A DNA stretch of 64,000 nt, from assembly GCA_050246315.1 (NCBI GenBank), contig JBFWWG010000003.1:320001-384000 (forward strand). Reading direction: 5' to 3'. The notes beneath the pieces were generated by a model, which was not told the origin of the DNA, searched no databases, and worked only from the letters and a program-made list of their open reading frames with translations. The DNA is from Nitrospiraceae bacterium. GTDB lineage: Bacteria; Nitrospirota; Nitrospiria; Nitrospirales; Nitrospiraceae. Shown here in pieces: positions 18,006 to 27,455 of this stretch (position 1 is the first letter of the stretch; each line of letters starts with the position of its first letter). Position numbers and translations under genes: made by a program.

Positions 18006-18767
18006 ATGATGTTGCGTCATTACCGCATGGTGGTCTGCGCTTGGTTGGGGATAGGACTTCTCTTCGGCTGCGCCGCCATGCCGGCGGCGCGAATCGACGC
18101 CTATCTTGGTCCGGACAGTGGGCGTATCGATGATCCGGGAATCGCCCAATCCGCCGTCCTCCCCGGCTCTCTTCTGAATGCCGGCTTGGTCGTCATCAAC
18201 GACACCACAACCCCCGAATCTGCGCCGACCCTATCAGAGGGCGCATTGCTCACGTTAACCGTTCAGATCCGTCACAGAATTGGCCAGACCTTGCCGATCG
18301 ATGTGACCAAGACCGTGCCCGCCACCGACTTGAGGCCCGGCGAGGATCGGGGCGCACTGGTTCGCCTCGCCGCAAGATCCGGACTCCGGTATCTCATCAT
18401 CGCCGTGGTCTCGAACGTCGAGACCTCGGCGCCCGTCATGTTTGAGGTCGTTGGTGGGAGCACCTCGGCTCGCGGGACCGCCGTTGACGTATTCACATTG
18501 ATGGAATTGGCCCTGCTGGACAGCGAAACTGGACAGGTCTTGGTCAGGGGTCACGGAAGAGATCGCGCCCGACTAAATCACCTGAACGACCAGGATGGGT
18601 CGAATGAATACCCGGTCATCGTGCGGTCGATCGGAACGAGGGAATCGCCCTCGGCCGGAAGCACTCCCCGCGAGGCGCTCTATCTCACCGCAGCCTCCGA
18701 CGCGTTGGATCAGGCTCTCCTCCGTTTCAGCGAGGCGTGGGAAGCACGACGCGCAAGAGGTGCATAG
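18006..18767 (+). CDS. Putative lipoprotein of unknown function
   Basis: MMLRHYRMVVCAWLGIGLLFGC lipobox. Confidence 0.7.
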   Translation: MMLRHYRMVVCAWLGIGLLFGCAAMPAARIDAYLGPDSGRIDDPGIAQSAVLPGSLLNAGLVVINDTTTPESAPTLSEGALLTLTVQIRHRIGQTLPIDVTKTVPATDLRPGEDRGALVRLAARSGLRYLIIAVVSNVETSAPVMFEVVGGSTSARGTAVDVFTLMELALLDSETGQVLVRGHGRDRARLNHLNDQDGSNEYPVIVRSIGTRESPSAGSTPREALYLTAASDALDQALLRFSEAWEARRARGA

Positions 18768-19063
18768 CATGTGCTCCCGAACTCGTTCCGTCTCTGGCGG
18801 AACCCGGCTGGGGTCGTTGCCCGACTTGGCCGGTCTCGCAGTGATCCCTCACGGTCTATTTCGAACCTCCTGAGTTCATTCAACCGCTCCCCCCACCAAG
18901 CCCGCATCACGGTTCTCCATGAGCGGGCCGAACAGTCGGCCTCCTCAACTCGTGGCGACCAATTTCCTCGCCTTGCAGTTCCCTGAATTCATCTGATATT
19001 CTTCGTGTTCCTTTCACAGGCACTGGTTTCTCTACCTGACAGATCGATTCGAAGGAGTGGCAT

Positions 19064-20617
19064 ATGGCCGGCATAGAGCGGGCGTTGATCAGCGTGTCTG
19101 ACAAGACTGGAATAGTCGAACTGGCCACGGGGTTGGAGGCACTCGGCGCGGAGATTCTTTCGACCGGCGGCACCGCCAAGACGCTTCGCGAGGCGGGCGT
19201 GAAGGTGGTCGATGTGGCCGCCTACACCGGATCGCCGGAGATTCTCGACGGCCGCGTCAAGACGCTCCATCCCAAGATTCACGGGGGACTCCTGGGCCGA
19301 CGCAGTCTGCCGGCGCATATCGAGCAGATGCGACAGCACCAGATCGGTCCGATCGACGTGCTCGTGGTGAACCTCTATCCGTTTGAAGCGACGATTGCCA
19401 AGCCCCAATGCTCCTTTGACGAGGCCATTGAAAACATCGATATCGGCGGCCCCTCGATGCTGCGGTCGGCAGCCAAGAACCATGAAGACGTGCTGGTGGT
19501 TGTCGATCCCACGGATTACCCGCGCGTGTTGGAGGCGGCGGGACGCGGATCGGTACCTTCATCCCTCCGGCGCGAACTCGCCTTGAAAGTCTTTCAACAC
19601 ACCGCCCGCTACGACAGCCTGATCGCCGGCTATCTCGAACGGCAGATGCAGGGAGCCGAGACGAAGTTTCCGGCCCTATTGTCGTTGCAATTTGAGCGGG
19701 CCGAAACGCTCCGCTACGGCGAGAATCCGCACCAACAGGGCGCGTTTTACCGTGATCTTCAATCCAAGGAAGCCTCGGTCTCGCGCGGGAAGATCCTGCA
19801 CGGCAAGGCGATGTCCTACAATAATTTCCTCGATGCAAATGCCGCGCTGGAACTGGTGAAAGAATTCGATCAGACTGCGGTCTCAATCATCAAGCACAAC
19901 AATCCCTGCGGCGCCGCACTGGGCGCCACGCCGGTCGAAGCCTACGTGAAGGCGCGCGAAACGGACCCGGTCTCGGCGTTTGGCGGCGTGATCGCGTTCA
20001 ATCGGCCGGTCGATCTGGCCGCCGCGAAGGAGATCACCTCCACGTTCGTGGAGGTGGTCATCGCGCCAAGCTTCGCCGAGGACGCCTTGGCCGAGTTGAA
20101 GCGCAAAAAGGATATCCGGCTCTTGGAAGTGGGGCCGCTCCGCAAAGCGGGTCCCGAAGGCTACGACCTCAAAAAACTGGTCGGCGGGCTGATCGTTCAG
20201 GATCGCGATCTGGGTATGCTCTCCGACATCAAGGCCTTGGCTGTCCCGACGGTGCGTAAACCGTCGGAAGAGGAGTATCGGGCGGCCAGCTTCGCCTGGA
20301 TCGTGTGCAAGCACGTCAAGTCCAATGCCATCGTCTATGTCAGGCCGGGACAGACGGTCGGTATCGGGGCCGGGCAGATGAGTCGCGTGGATTCGGTGAA
20401 ACTCGCCGGCATGAAGGCGCAATTGCCCGTGAAGGGCTGCGTCATGGCCTCGGACGCCTTCTTCCCGTTCCGCGACGGCCTGGATGCCGCTGCCCAGGCG
20501 GGCATCACCTGCGTGATCCAACCAGGCGGGTCGATTCGCGACAGCGAGGTCATCAAGGCAGCCGACGAACAGGGGATGGCGATGATTCTGACCGGGATGC
20601 GCCACTTCCGCCACTGA
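19064..20617 (+). CDS. purH: Bifunctional AICAR formyltransferase/IMP cyclohydrolase
   Basis: RALISVSDK, GRVKTLHP, LRYGENPHQ, KHVKSNAI, ASDAFFPF, TGMRHFRH. Confidence 0.98.
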   Translation: MAGIERALISVSDKTGIVELATGLEALGAEILSTGGTAKTLREAGVKVVDVAAYTGSPEILDGRVKTLHPKIHGGLLGRRSLPAHIEQMRQHQIGPIDVLVVNLYPFEATIAKPQCSFDEAIENIDIGGPSMLRSAAKNHEDVLVVVDPTDYPRVLEAAGRGSVPSSLRRELALKVFQHTARYDSLIAGYLERQMQGAETKFPALLSLQFERAETLRYGENPHQQGAFYRDLQSKEASVSRGKILHGKAMSYNNFLDANAALELVKEFDQTAVSIIKHNNPCGAALGATPVEAYVKARETDPVSAFGGVIAFNRPVDLAAAKEITSTFVEVVIAPSFAEDALAELKRKKDIRLLEVGPLRKAGPEGYDLKKLVGGLIVQDRDLGMLSDIKALAVPTVRKPSEEEYRAASFAWIVCKHVKSNAIVYVRPGQTVGIGAGQMSRVDSVKLAGMKAQLPVKGCVMASDAFFPFRDGLDAAAQAGITCVIQPGGSIRDSEVIKAADEQGMAMILTGMRHFRH

Positions 20618-20748
20618 CTGTCGGCTTCTGAACATGGCCACTCGCTTCCTTCTTGGTCGTTCGTTCACCTCGACGTACACAACCACGTACGCCTCGGCGC
20701 CCGAACTCCCTGCGACCTTGCTGCTGGACCATGTTGAGAAGCCGGCGG
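20618..20748. repeat. Intact REP-like palindromic intergenic repeat (about 130 bp)
   Basis: Outer inverted repeat CGGCTTCTGAACATGG / CCATGTTGAGAAGCCG; inner CGTAC...GTACG; right half related to 16446-16500. Confidence 0.75.
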
Positions 20749-20788
20749 AGACATTCGCTTCCAGATCAACTCGGAAGCCATCACACAG

Positions 20789-22081
20789 ATGAAGATCTTG
20801 GTGGTCGGGAGCGGCGGCCGCGAACATGCGATGGTGTGGAAGCTCGCGCAGAGTTCCCGGGTGACTCGTCTCTACTGCGCCCCCGGGAACGGCGGAATCG
20901 CGCAACAGGCCACCTGCGTCCCCATCGCCACGGAGGATGTGCCTGGCCTCAAAGCCTTTGTCCAGCGAGAAGGGATCGACCTGACGGTCGTCGGTCCTGA
21001 AGCACCGCTGGCCGCCGGCATCGCGGATGAATTCCGCAAGGCGAAGCTGAAAATTTTCGGGCCGACCGCGTTGGCCGCCCAAGTCGAATCCAGCAAAATC
21101 TTCACGAAAGACCTCCTGACCAGTCAACGGATTCCAACCGCCCGTGCCCAGTCCTTCGATCGGGTGCTCCCGGCCCTGGACTATCTGCGCACGCAGCCGC
21201 TCCCGATTGTCATCAAGGCCGATGGGCTGGCACAGGGCAAAGGGGTGGTGGTCGCGACGACGAGCGCACAAGCTGAAAACGCCGTGCGCGACATTCTGGA
21301 ACGTCACCTGTTCGGAGGCGCCGGCCAGCGGGTGCTGATCGAACAGTTCCTCAACGGCGAGGAACTCACGGTCATGGCCTTTACCGACGGCAAGACCGTC
21401 GTCCCGATGCTGCCGGCCCAGGATCATAAACGAGTAGGGGACGGCGACACCGGACCCAATACCGGCGGCATGGGTGCCTATGCCCCGGCGCCACTCGGGA
21501 GCGGCGCATTGCTCGACATGGTACAGCGCACGGTGCTGCAACCGACCGTGGATGCGCTCTCACGCATGGGCCGTCCGTTTCAGGGCGTGCTCTATGCGGG
21601 CTTGATGATCGTGAAGGGCGAGCCCTATGTGCTAGAGTTCAATGCGCGCATGGGCGATCCGGAAACCCAGGCGGTGCTCCCCCTGTTGAAGACCGATCTC
21701 TTGGACATCATCGAGGCCGTGGTCGAACACCGGCTGGACCAATGTCGGATCGACTGGCATCCGCTGACGGCCGTCTGCGTCGTCCTGACGTCGGGCGGCT
21801 ATCCCGGTGCATACCGGAACGGCTATCCGATTACCGGTCTCGCAGCCACATCCGCCGGACCGGATGGGAGTGGCGACACGATCATCTTCCATGCCGGCAC
21901 GAACCGCACGGAAGGATCGCTCGTCACCGCAGGCGGACGCGTGTTGGGGGTGACGGGCTTGGGACCGGCGCTGCTGGAGGCACGGGAGCGGGCCTATGCC
22001 GCCATCCAGCCGATTCAATTCGACGGTTGCCATTTCCGAACCGACATCGCCATGCGGGCACTTGGCCAATTGCGAGTGTAA
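20789..22081 (+). CDS. purD: Phosphoribosylamine-glycine ligase
   Basis: GSGGREHA, KADGLAQGKGV, QDHKR, NTGGMGAY, EFNARMGDPE. Confidence 0.98.
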   Translation: MKILVVGSGGREHAMVWKLAQSSRVTRLYCAPGNGGIAQQATCVPIATEDVPGLKAFVQREGIDLTVVGPEAPLAAGIADEFRKAKLKIFGPTALAAQVESSKIFTKDLLTSQRIPTARAQSFDRVLPALDYLRTQPLPIVIKADGLAQGKGVVVATTSAQAENAVRDILERHLFGGAGQRVLIEQFLNGEELTVMAFTDGKTVVPMLPAQDHKRVGDGDTGPNTGGMGAYAPAPLGSGALLDMVQRTVLQPTVDALSRMGRPFQGVLYAGLMIVKGEPYVLEFNARMGDPETQAVLPLLKTDLLDIIEAVVEHRLDQCRIDWHPLTAVCVVLTSGGYPGAYRNGYPITGLAATSAGPDGSGDTIIFHAGTNRTEGSLVTAGGRVLGVTGLGPALLEARERAYAAIQPIQFDGCHFRTDIAMRALGQLRV

Positions 22082-22106
22082 ACCTGGGGGAACCCGCCGA
22101 CTCATC

Positions 22107-22766
22107 GTGTCACTTCTCAATTGTGTTCACGGCCTCTCACCGGCGCACCTGACAGAGATCCGTGCCGTCATCCGTCGCGACGGCATCCTGGCCGCGGCGA
22201 CCGAAAGTTCCTATGCGCTGTGCGGCTCGCCCTGGAGCGAGGCTGCGGCCGCACGGATCCACCGGCTCAAAGGGAGGCCCCCGGACAAACCGTTGCTCGT
22301 GCTCATTCATCGCCGGGAGGAGCTGGCGCGTCTGGCGGCGGACATTCCGGAATCGGCCCGCCTTCTCATGCGCGAGTGCTGGCCCGGTCCACTGACGGTG
22401 GTCCTCCCGGCTCACTCCTCATTGCCGTCGGGGCTGACCGCCGACACGCAGACCATCGGTATTCGTTGGCCCGACTACCGCCCGCTGGTCCCGTTGTTGG
22501 ACGCTGTGGGGCCACTGACCGGAACGAGCGCCAACCGATCGGGGCGTGCACCGCTCACCGAGGCGCAGGCCGTCCAGGATGAGTTCGGCGCCGACCTCGA
22601 TGCCGTTCTGGATATGGGGCCGGCCCCAGGAGCAGCTCCCTCGACGGTCGTCCACGTCGAGGCCGGCGCCGTACGGCTGCTTCGAGCCGGACCAGTCACA
22701 GCCAGCCGTCTCAGAAGCTTGCTGGGCCCGGCCGGGATTCCGTTGATTGTTGAGGCATGCAGATGA
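22107..22766 (+). CDS. tsaC: L-threonylcarbamoyladenylate synthase (Sua5/YrdC); start approximate
   Basis: TESSYAL, KGRPPDKPL, WPGPLT, TSANRSG, PSTVV. Confidence 0.88.
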   Translation: MSLLNCVHGLSPAHLTEIRAVIRRDGILAAATESSYALCGSPWSEAAAARIHRLKGRPPDKPLLVLIHRREELARLAADIPESARLLMRECWPGPLTVVLPAHSSLPSGLTADTQTIGIRWPDYRPLVPLLDAVGPLTGTSANRSGRAPLTEAQAVQDEFGADLDAVLDMGPAPGAAPSTVVHVEAGAVRLLRAGPVTASRLRSLLGPAGIPLIVEACR

Positions 22767-22833
22767 CCAGGCTTGGATATGGACCAACTCGCACCGTGAT
22801 TCCGGGATCACACGACACACGAGAGGAGGAGAG

Positions 22834-23268
22834 ATGAGCACGTTGCCCAGCGGCGGTTGGACCTGGTCGCGAATTCTCACACCGGTCAGTCTCAGCATTC
22901 TGTTGTTGGCGATCACGGGCTGCGAGTGGTGGCCGCCAGCCCTGCAATCTCAGATCGAACAGCTCAAGACCGATCTGCAGACCTTGACTGCGGAACGCAC
23001 CAGGCTCGAACAGCAGGTCTCCGCCCTCACACGCGCACGTGAGGACCTCCAGACCCGGGTGGACCAATTAGTGCAGGTCAATAGAGAACGGGGGGCCATG
23101 GTCGCTGAGCTGGAGCGGTCACTGAAAGCCGCTCGCCAGCAGAAGGCAGCCCCGGCGAAAGCCGCCAGCCTCAAGTCCAAGACCAGCGGCCTCACCAAGC
23201 CCAAGACGACCACGCAGAAGTTGACAAAGAAAAAGTCCGCGGAGACCAAATCAAAGGCCCGCCCCTGA
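22834..23268 (+). CDS. Putative coiled-coil lipoprotein with a Lys-rich tail
   Basis: RBS GAGGAGG; LAITGC lipobox; heptad region; basic C-terminus. Confidence 0.7.
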   Translation: MSTLPSGGWTWSRILTPVSLSILLLAITGCEWWPPALQSQIEQLKTDLQTLTAERTRLEQQVSALTRAREDLQTRVDQLVQVNRERGAMVAELERSLKAARQQKAAPAKAASLKSKTSGLTKPKTTTQKLTKKKSAETKSKARP

Positions 23269-23310
23269 TGAGGGGGCACACCGCAACCCCTGAGAAAGAT
23301 GGTGCGGCCA

Positions 23311-23685
23311 CTAGCCGGAGGAAGAGGAGGCGGGGGACGAACTTCCACCCGTGGGTGCCGTCGTTCCGCTGGACCCTGACGAAGCCGACGTAGAGGTCGA
23401 GGGCGCCGTCGTCCCGCCCGATGGTGCGGCAGTCTCGCTGCCTGTGGCCGGCTTGGCAGGCGTCGCGGCATTACCCTCACCTTTACCATTCTCGGAGGGC
23501 TTCAGCTTGTTAGAGTAGTCCGTGATGTACCACCCGCTGCCCTTAAACATAATGGCGGGTGAGGAGATCACTTTGTTCACAGCATGGCCGCACCGTTCAC
23601 ACGACACAATCGGCGGGTCGCTCACCCGCTGTTTCACTTCAAATCGATAGTCACAGCCTTGGCAGAGATACTCGTAAATCGGCAC
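23311..23685 (-). CDS. FmdB-family zinc-ribbon protein
   Basis: MPIYEYLCQGC...CERCG...FKGSGWYITDY, low-complexity tail. Confidence 0.9.
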   Translation of the reverse strand: MPIYEYLCQGCDYRFEVKQRVSDPPIVSCERCGHAVNKVISSPAIMFKGSGWYITDYSNKLKPSENGKGEGNAATPAKPATGSETAAPSGGTTAPSTSTSASSGSSGTTAPTGGSSSPASSSSG

Positions 23686-23817
23686 GGGTCTCCTCCCTCA
23701 TGACGGCACCGCTTCACCCGAAACGATAACACCCTTCTGCCCGAAATCAAGTCCGGCCTTCCCCGTCGTGATTCTTGGGCCGCTTGGACAAATTCGCTCC
23801 AGAGGACCGCGGCGCGA

Positions 23818-25014
23818 TCAACGACTCAGATTCTGGAGAGTCGCCTCCATACGGTCCAATCCGCGGGTGATCGCGTCGAGCCCGGTGGCATAGGACAGGC
23901 GGATATGGCCCTGACTCCCGAACGGTTCGCCCGGGACTACCGCAATTTGGGCCGCCTTCAAGAGATGTTGAGCCACATCACTGGGGGTCCGGAGCAGGGT
24001 GCTACCGGCATGGGCGCCAAGCACACCGGTGATATTGGGAAAGGCGTAGAAGGCTCCGGTGGGTAATCGGCAATGGACCCCCGGCATCTTGTTGAGCCGC
24101 TCAACCATCACCCGCCGCCTCCGTTCGAATTCCTTCACCATCCCGTTCACAAACTGAGCGCCGGTGTGCAGTGCCGCCACCGCGGCCTTCTGCGAGATCG
24201 AGCAGGGGTTCGAGGTGCTTTGGCTCTGAATATTGGCCATGGCCGTGATCAGCTCTTTCGGACCGGCCGCATACCCGATTCGCCAGCCGGTCATGGCAAA
24301 CGACTTGCTCACGCCGTTGATGACGACCGTGCGGGAAGCCACCTCGGGGCTCAGACTGGCAGCGCTGACGTGCCGCACACCGTCATAGATGATTTTCTCA
24401 TAGATCTCGTCGGAAATGATGAGGAGATCGTGGCGGCAGGCCACCTCCGCAATCGCATCAAGCGTGCGCCGGGCATAGGTGGCCCCAGTAGGATTGTTCG
24501 GCGTATTCACGACGATGGCTTTCGTCCGCGACGTGACGAGCGAATCGAGTTGTTGCTCGTCGATTGCGTACCCATCCGCTTCGCACGTCTTCAGGAACAC
24601 CGGCGTCCCATCGTTCAACAGCACCTGGTCCTGATAAGAGACCCAAAACGGCGCGGGAATGATGACTTCGTCGCCGGCTTCGATGAGCGCCTCGAAGAGG
24701 TTGTACAGCGAATGTTTGGCACCGCACGAAACCAATATCTGCGCTCGCTCATAGGACAGCCCGTGTTCGGCGCGTAAGGTGTCGGCGATCGCCCCACGCA
24801 ACTCGTCGATGCCGGAGGAGGGCGTGTATTTCGTGAAGCCGTCCGTCATGGCAGCGTTCGCCGCCTCCTTGACCGGCTGCGGCGTATCGAAATCGGGCTC
24901 TCCGGAGGCAAAATCGATCACATCGACGCCTTGCGCGGCCATGGATTTCGCCAGAGCGGTGATGGCCAGCGTCGGGGAGGGGAGCACCCGAGCGGCACGA
25001 GCAGCGAGCTTCAT
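23818..25014 (-). CDS. aspC: Aspartate aminotransferase (class I/II PLP enzyme)
   Basis: GEPDF, PNNPTG, SDEIY, SKSFAMTGWRIG. Confidence 0.9.
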   Translation of the reverse strand: MKLAARAARVLPSPTLAITALAKSMAAQGVDVIDFASGEPDFDTPQPVKEAANAAMTDGFTKYTPSSGIDELRGAIADTLRAEHGLSYERAQILVSCGAKHSLYNLFEALIEAGDEVIIPAPFWVSYQDQVLLNDGTPVFLKTCEADGYAIDEQQLDSLVTSRTKAIVVNTPNNPTGATYARRTLDAIAEVACRHDLLIISDEIYEKIIYDGVRHVSAASLSPEVASRTVVINGVSKSFAMTGWRIGYAAGPKELITAMANIQSQSTSNPCSISQKAAVAALHTGAQFVNGMVKEFERRRRVMVERLNKMPGVHCRLPTGAFYAFPNITGVLGAHAGSTLLRTPSDVAQHLLKAAQIAVVPGEPFGSQGHIRLSYATGLDAITRGLDRMEATLQNLSR

Positions 25015-25496
25015 GATCTGCTCCGTAATCGTTCCTGGAGTCGCCGCGCCACGTCGGGATGGAGAAACTTGTTAAGATCTCCGCCGTGACGGCCAACATC
25101 CTTGATGAGGCTTGAGGTCAAGTAGGAATATTCTTCACGCGGCATGAAAAACACCGTCTCGATCGAGCTGTCCAACTTCCGATTGACGAGCGCCATCTGA
25201 AACTCATATTCGAAATCCGAGATCGCGCGCAGGCCTCGGATCACCGCCCGTGCTCCCATGCGGCGGACAAATTCCACCAGCAGCCCCTCAAAGCTCGTCA
25301 CCTGTACACCGGGGAGTTCTTTGGTGACCAACCGGACCATCTCGATCCGCTCCTCTAGGGTAAACAACGGCCGCTTGGTAGGATTGGGCGCGACGGCGAC
25401 CATCACCTGGTCAAACACGGAGAGACTCCGCGCGATGATATCCGCATGTCCATGGGTGATCGGATCGAACGTGCCTGCATAGATACCGAGTTTCAT
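25011..25496 (-). CDS. coaD: Pantetheine-phosphate adenylyltransferase
   Basis: GTFDPITHGH, RGLRAISDFEYE. Confidence 0.97.
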   Translation of the reverse strand: MKLGIYAGTFDPITHGHADIIARSLSVFDQVMVAVAPNPTKRPLFTLEERIEMVRLVTKELPGVQVTSFEGLLVEFVRRMGARAVIRGLRAISDFEYEFQMALVNRKLDSSIETVFFMPREEYSYLTSSLIKDVGRHGGDLNKFLHPDVARRLQERLRSRS

Positions 25497-26077
25497 GCGA
25501 ACTCCGCCCGCGCGATCGGTGAGGAGTTCTCCAGACCATAGAGCGTGACCGCAGTATCCCCATATCGATACGTCCGTGATCGGGTCAACAGGCCAAAGAG
25601 CACCGGCGGTATGACGCCCTGATCATGTTCGAGCGCCACCATGCCGTGAGGTCCCAGGAGCCGCGGAGGAAACTGGGCCGCCAGCCTGATAACCTCCTCT
25701 GTTGCGCGGTAGGGCGGATCGGCCAGCACAAGGTGGAACGGGGGCAGGGTCTCAGGCGCACGCGAGAGAAAGGTTTCCACACGACGCACGTGGACCTCCA
25801 CACTGTCCGTCAACGCACAGGCCTGTAGATTCTCACGGATGAGGCGGATTGAGAGAGGATTGGCTTCGACAAATGTAACGTGGGCGGCCCCTCGGCTGAG
25901 TGCTTCAATCCCCAGGGCTCCGCTGCCGGCATAGAGGTCGAGGACCCGCGCTCCTTCCACTCTCTCACCGAGAATTGAGAAGAGAGCTTCCTTGACCCGA
26001 TCGGTGGTCGGCCGAATCACCAGCCCCTTAAGGGCCTTGAGCCGGCGCCCTTTTCGCTTACCTGCAATTACCCGCAC
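25493..26077 (-). CDS. rsmD: 16S rRNA m2G966 methyltransferase
   Basis: RPTTDRVKEALF, LDLYAGSGALGIEALSRGA, DPPY. Confidence 0.95.
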   Translation of the reverse strand: MRVIAGKRKGRRLKALKGLVIRPTTDRVKEALFSILGERVEGARVLDLYAGSGALGIEALSRGAAHVTFVEANPLSIRLIRENLQACALTDSVEVHVRRVETFLSRAPETLPPFHLVLADPPYRATEEVIRLAAQFPPRLLGPHGMVALEHDQGVIPPVLFGLLTRSRTYRYGDTAVTLYGLENSSPIARAEFA

Positions 26078-26198
26078 GCCAGGACCGCTTATCTTGAGAG
26101 GACTCTAACACACGGATTTTCGGGGGGTCAAGGCAAGGGCGACCGGAACGAGGGTCTCTGTTGCACAGAGCCCGTGCACCGGCTGGCGAGGAGGCGTT

Positions 26199-26228
26199 TT
26201 GACGGACTTTACAAGGATTGTCTATAAT
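26199..26228 (+). promoter_or_regulatory. Candidate sigma-70 promoter, antisense to the small zinc-finger gene
   Basis: TTGACG-18nt-TATAAT. Confidence 0.5.
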
Positions 26229-26335
26229 CAGCCCGCGCACCAACCGGAGATCAGCCGCGACCGGTGAACGACTACGGGTCGATCATCAGCCGGCTGAGCA
26301 GCGGCCAGCGCGCGAGGATTGGGCACGATGGCAAA

Positions 26336-26509
26336 TCAACGAGTCGCGGCAGGCTGCACTTCTCGCAGCGTCAGGCTCTTTTTCCGATTCGCGGCAATGG
26401 TGCGATCAATGATGGCACCGCAATTGATGCATTTCCATGCGTAGAAGATAAGAAAGAAGTCGGAGAACCGTTCGAGCATCATGAGCCCTTTGCACTTCGG
26501 ACATTCCAT
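26336..26509 (-). CDS. 57-aa C4 zinc-finger protein (missing from the ORF track)
   Basis: RBS AGGAGG; MECPKCKGLMMLERFSDFFLIFYAWKCINCGAIIDRTIAANRKKSLTLREVQPAATR*. Confidence 0.88.
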   Translation of the reverse strand: MECPKCKGLMMLERFSDFFLIFYAWKCINCGAIIDRTIAANRKKSLTLREVQPAATR

Positions 26510-26555
26510 GGGAGCCTCCTCAGCTCAGTGCGTTGCGCGATGGACGCGCCAGGGA

Positions 26556-26602
26556 AGCAAGTCACGAACCAGCATGAACAATATAATTTTATCAACTAGT
26601 TA
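26556..26602 (-). promoter_or_regulatory. Sigma-54 promoter plus IHF site for the zinc-finger gene
   Basis: Minus strand TGGTTCGTGACTTGCT (26571-26556, GG-N10-GC); TATCAACTAGTTA (26590-26602) fits IHF consensus WATCAANNNNTTR within an AT-rich patch. Confidence 0.65.
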
Positions 26603-26694
26603 TATATTTGTTGTCGGATCTGGTGCACACAGAGTGCTCAACTTTATCCAAGGCCACTGTACAAAAACGTTCACCGGGAGAGGATGAGACTTCG

Positions 26695-27423
26695 GTGTCC
26701 GGAGTAGGGAAGTTCAAGACGACCGTCCTCCGTATCTGCGAATGGCCTGAACGGGAACGGCCACGGGAACGGTTGCTGCGGGACGGCGCTGACAGTCTCA
26801 CGGATGCTCAACTGCTGGCCATCGTATTGCGCGTCGGTCGGCGCCAGGCCTCAGCTGTCGAGGTAGCGTTGGATCTGCTATCTCGCACTGACGGGCTTCA
26901 AGGCATTAGCCGGATGGGGGCGGATGCGCTCTGTCGCATACCTGGTATCGGGCCGGCCAAAACCGCACAACTGAAGGCGGCGATCGAACTCGGCAAACGC
27001 GCGCTGGCACAACCGCTGTCGACCGGACAGCCGATTCGTTCCAGCGGGGACGTGTTCCACGCGTATGCGTCCCAGCTCCGGGATCTTCGGCATGAAACGT
27101 TCCGACTCCTGTTGCTCGACGCCAAGCATGCGCTGATTCGAGAGACCGTCATTTCGGAAGGCACCTTGACCGCGAGTCTCGTTCACCCGCGGGAAGTGTT
27201 TTCCGTGGCAGTCCGGGAGTCCGCTGCGGCCGTTATATGCGTACACAACCACCCCAGCGGAGACCCCACACCCAGCGCCGAGGACCGAACCTTGACGCGG
27301 CGGCTCCAGGACGCCGGCGAAGTGCTGGGCATCCCGGTCTTGGATCATGTCGTGATCGGCGACGGGCGCTACGTTAGCTTTGCCGATCGAGGATGGATGG
27401 AGGAGAGGACCGTGGCCATGTAA
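26695..27423 (+). CDS. radC: RadC/UPF0758 JAB-domain protein; start approximate
   Basis: ERPRERLL, LTDAQLLAIVL, GIGPAK, VHPREVF, HNHPSGDPTPSAED, LDHVVIG. Confidence 0.93.
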   Translation: MSGVGKFKTTVLRICEWPERERPRERLLRDGADSLTDAQLLAIVLRVGRRQASAVEVALDLLSRTDGLQGISRMGADALCRIPGIGPAKTAQLKAAIELGKRALAQPLSTGQPIRSSGDVFHAYASQLRDLRHETFRLLLLDAKHALIRETVISEGTLTASLVHPREVFSVAVRESAAAVICVHNHPSGDPTPSAEDRTLTRRLQDAGEVLGIPVLDHVVIGDGRYVSFADRGWMEERTVAM

Positions 27424-27455
27424 CCCTCGTGTTGATGGAACGAAAGGAGGACCGC

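Noticed and set aside
19883..21541. Long antisense ORFs (this one; also 34976-36415, 39566-40900, 41078-42517, 44812-46143)
   Set aside because: Typical GC-rich shadows opposite well-conserved genes, with no recognisable motifs
26264..26599. 111-aa plus-strand ORF
   Set aside because: Antisense shadow of the zinc-finger gene, which has the RBS and recognisable motifs
26695..27423. radC as marker of an integrative element or as the protease for the ubiquitin-like protein
   Set aside because: Full-length chromosomal-type radC in a core neighbourhood with no integrase nearby, and 19 kb from the Ubl gene
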